DNA from: Cellvibrionaceae bacterium
GTDB lineage: Bacteria > Pseudomonadota > Gammaproteobacteria > Pseudomonadales > Cellvibrionaceae
DNA length: 14,298 bases
Direction of reading: 5' to 3'
Assembly (NCBI GenBank): GCA_050289365.1
Contig: JBNKFP010000046.1
Coordinates: forward strand, 1-14,298
Positions 13,154-14,298 of the stretch are shown one piece after another (within the stretch, counting starts at the first letter, position 1; every line of letters starts with the position of its first letter). The translations under genes were made by a program, and so were the position numbers. The notes beneath the pieces are model-generated. The model was not told where the DNA came from, did no database searches, and was given only the letters and a program-made list of their open reading frames with translations.

Positions 13154-14298
13154 CTATGAGAATGTCTTTTCGAAAAAATACAAACAGTCTTTGAAAAGGG
13201 AGTCGAGAAATGACTCTATATCATTGACGTCAAAGTCGATGCTGGCTTTGTGGGACTTGCCAAAAATACTTAAATCAATATCGGCATCAAAAAACTGTCC
13301 GTTTAGAATTCCCTTTAAGTGTCCAGCAAGGCGCACTTTTCTGACATCAATTAAATCTCCGGCGTGGCTGGCAGTGAACTCGGCTAATTTTAAAGTCGCC
13401 CCGGCACTTTGTTTTGCTCCTTCTAGTGCCGCTTTGGCAGCGTTAAATGCGATAAAGCTGGAGCCCTGTTTGACGGCATCGAGGGATTTCTGAGCTGCAT
13501 AAAATGCGCTGTAGACAGCAGTGTTGCCCACGTTATCGATTGCTTCTTGTGCGATGGTAATAGACAGCTTACCGGCTTCATCGTAGCCATTAAGGGCTTC
13601 TTGTGCTGCTTGCCAGGCGGTATATTGCGCGCCTTTTTGAATCCCTTTAAGTGCTTCTTTGGCGGTTTGGAAAGCGCCGTATTGCACGCCCTTGCTGGTC
13701 GCGTCTAAGGCTTTTTTCGCGCTTTCAAAGGCAATGTACTTGCCGCCGCGTTTCACGGCTTCTAGAGTGGCTTTGGCTGATTCAAATGCAGTGTATTGGG
13801 TACCTTTGGCGATGCCATTAAACGCTTTTTGGGCGACGCTCAGACTCCCATTGGCAATGGCAATGGCGGACTCTAGCCCGGCGATAGTAGAGCCGTATTT
13901 GGCCAATTTGAACGGATTGGGGAAGGTTTTCTTTTTTTCCTTCTTCCATGATTTTTTAGCGGAACTCAAGTTGCTTTTGAGCGAACTCACTTTATTTTTA
14001 GCCGCACTCAATGATCGATTAGCGGACTTAATTGCAGCTTTGTAAGCTCGTTCGGCTTTGTTAACATCCGCTTTTGCTTTGTTTAGCTCGCTGTTGTAGT
14101 CTCGTTTGGCTTTGTCCACTTGGTTTTGAGCTTGTTTTAACGCATTCTTATATGCCGCTTCCGCTCGTGTGATTTCACTGTTGGCCGATTTTAACGCGTT
14201 ATCATAGGTTGCTTTGGCGCGAGTCAATTCTGCTCGTGTCTGTTTTACATTGTTGGCGTGTTTATTCTTTTCTGTCGTCAGCGCTTGATTTAATTCAT
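13154..14298 (-). CDS. Lys/Ala-rich tandem-repeat protein, partial (the N-terminus lies beyond the window end). It has 18-residue repeats (AKxxYxxALKxA...) in the part nearest the window edge, seven 19-residue repeats (xKGxQYxAFxxAKxALxxx) in the middle, and a non-repetitive C-terminal ~80 aa.
   Basis: Open frame from the window edge down to the stop at 13154-13156. The DNA shows ~54/57-nt periodicity (13400-14298). The translation is a strongly periodic amphipathic-helix-like sequence. I recognise no enzymatic motif. Confidence 0.6.
   Translation of the reverse strand, partial: ELNQALTTEKNKHANNVKQTRAELTRAKATYDNALKSANSEITRAEAAYKNALKQAQNQVDKAKRDYNSELNKAKADVNKAERAYKAAIKSANRSLSAAKNKVSSLKSNLSSAKKSWKKEKKKTFPNPFKLAKYGSTIAGLESAIAIANGSLSVAQKAFNGIAKGTQYTAFESAKATLEAVKRGGKYIAFESAKKALDATSKGVQYGAFQTAKEALKGIQKGAQYTAWQAAQEALNGYDEAGKLSITIAQEAIDNVGNTAVYSAFYAAQKSLDAVKQGSSFIAFNAAKAALEGAKQSAGATLKLAEFTASHAGDLIDVRKVRLAGHLKGILNGQFFDADIDLSIFGKSHKASIDFDVNDIESFLDSLFKDCLYFFEKTFS
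13400..13831 (-). repeat. Seven tandem 19-codon (57-nt) coding repeats inside the repeat-protein gene
   Basis: Peptide repeats: AKGTQYTAFESAKATLEAV / KRGGKYIAFESAKKALDAT / SKGVQYGAFQTAKEALKGI / QKGAQYTAWQAAQEALNGY / DEAGKLSITIAQEAIDNV / GNTAVYSAFYAAQKSLDAV / KQGSSFIAFNAAKAALEGA. Confidence 0.7.

Noticed and set aside
13191-14045. Plus-strand ORFs 13191-13493 and 13659-14045
   Set aside because: They are antisense to the long periodic repeat-protein ORF. Repeats create spurious long antisense frames.
1-14298. Mobile elements, integrase, CRISPR arrays, toxin-antitoxin pairs
   Set aside because: I found no terminal inverted repeats flanking a transposase-like ORF, no integrase-like ORF, and no repeat-spacer array. 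The tRNA-adjacent region contains no recombinase within the window.

Overview
The window looks like ordinary chromosomal DNA of a proteobacterium (gamma-like) with moderate GC. It is densely coding and has no CRISPR array or IS/transposon signature. Features in order along the window:

- **1..3206 (-)**: the N-terminal ~1068 codons of a secreted alpha-2-macroglobulin (A2M) family protein. Its CxEQ thioester motif is intact (CFEQ), it has a bait-like low-complexity region, and it carries a perfect in-frame 42-bp tandem duplication.
- **3344..3391**: a perfect 22-bp palindrome in the spacer between the A2M gene and rimK.
- **3460..4374 (-)**: rimK, the ribosomal protein S6 glutamate ligase.
- **4652..5443 and 5496..6977 (-)**: two tandem secreted trypsin-fold (S1) serine proteases. 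An intrinsic terminator sits between them and abuts the start codon of the downstream one.
- **7153..11288**: a canonical divergent rtcR <-> rtcB-rtcA RNA-repair locus, with a recognisable sigma54 -24/-12 promoter upstream of rtcB.
- **11461..11534 (+)**: a tRNA with a CAT anticodon and an odd C1xA72 acceptor end, directly followed by a 5'-truncated tRNA-like fragment.
- **11956..13113 (+)**: an SPFH/band-7 protein with no membrane anchor whose N-terminal SPFH module is triplicated.
- **13154..14298 (-)**: a convergent, partial gene for a Lys/Ala-rich protein built from 18- and 19-residue tandem repeats.

The points most worth a second look are:
- The A2M / two-protease neighbourhood, which may be a protease-inhibitor module.
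- The 42-bp duplication just downstream of the A2M bait region.
- The tRNA plus tRNA-like remnant directly 3' of the RNA-ligase operon.
- The unusual SPFH and repeat-protein pair.

All calls rest on reading the sequence and on motif recall. No database search was run.
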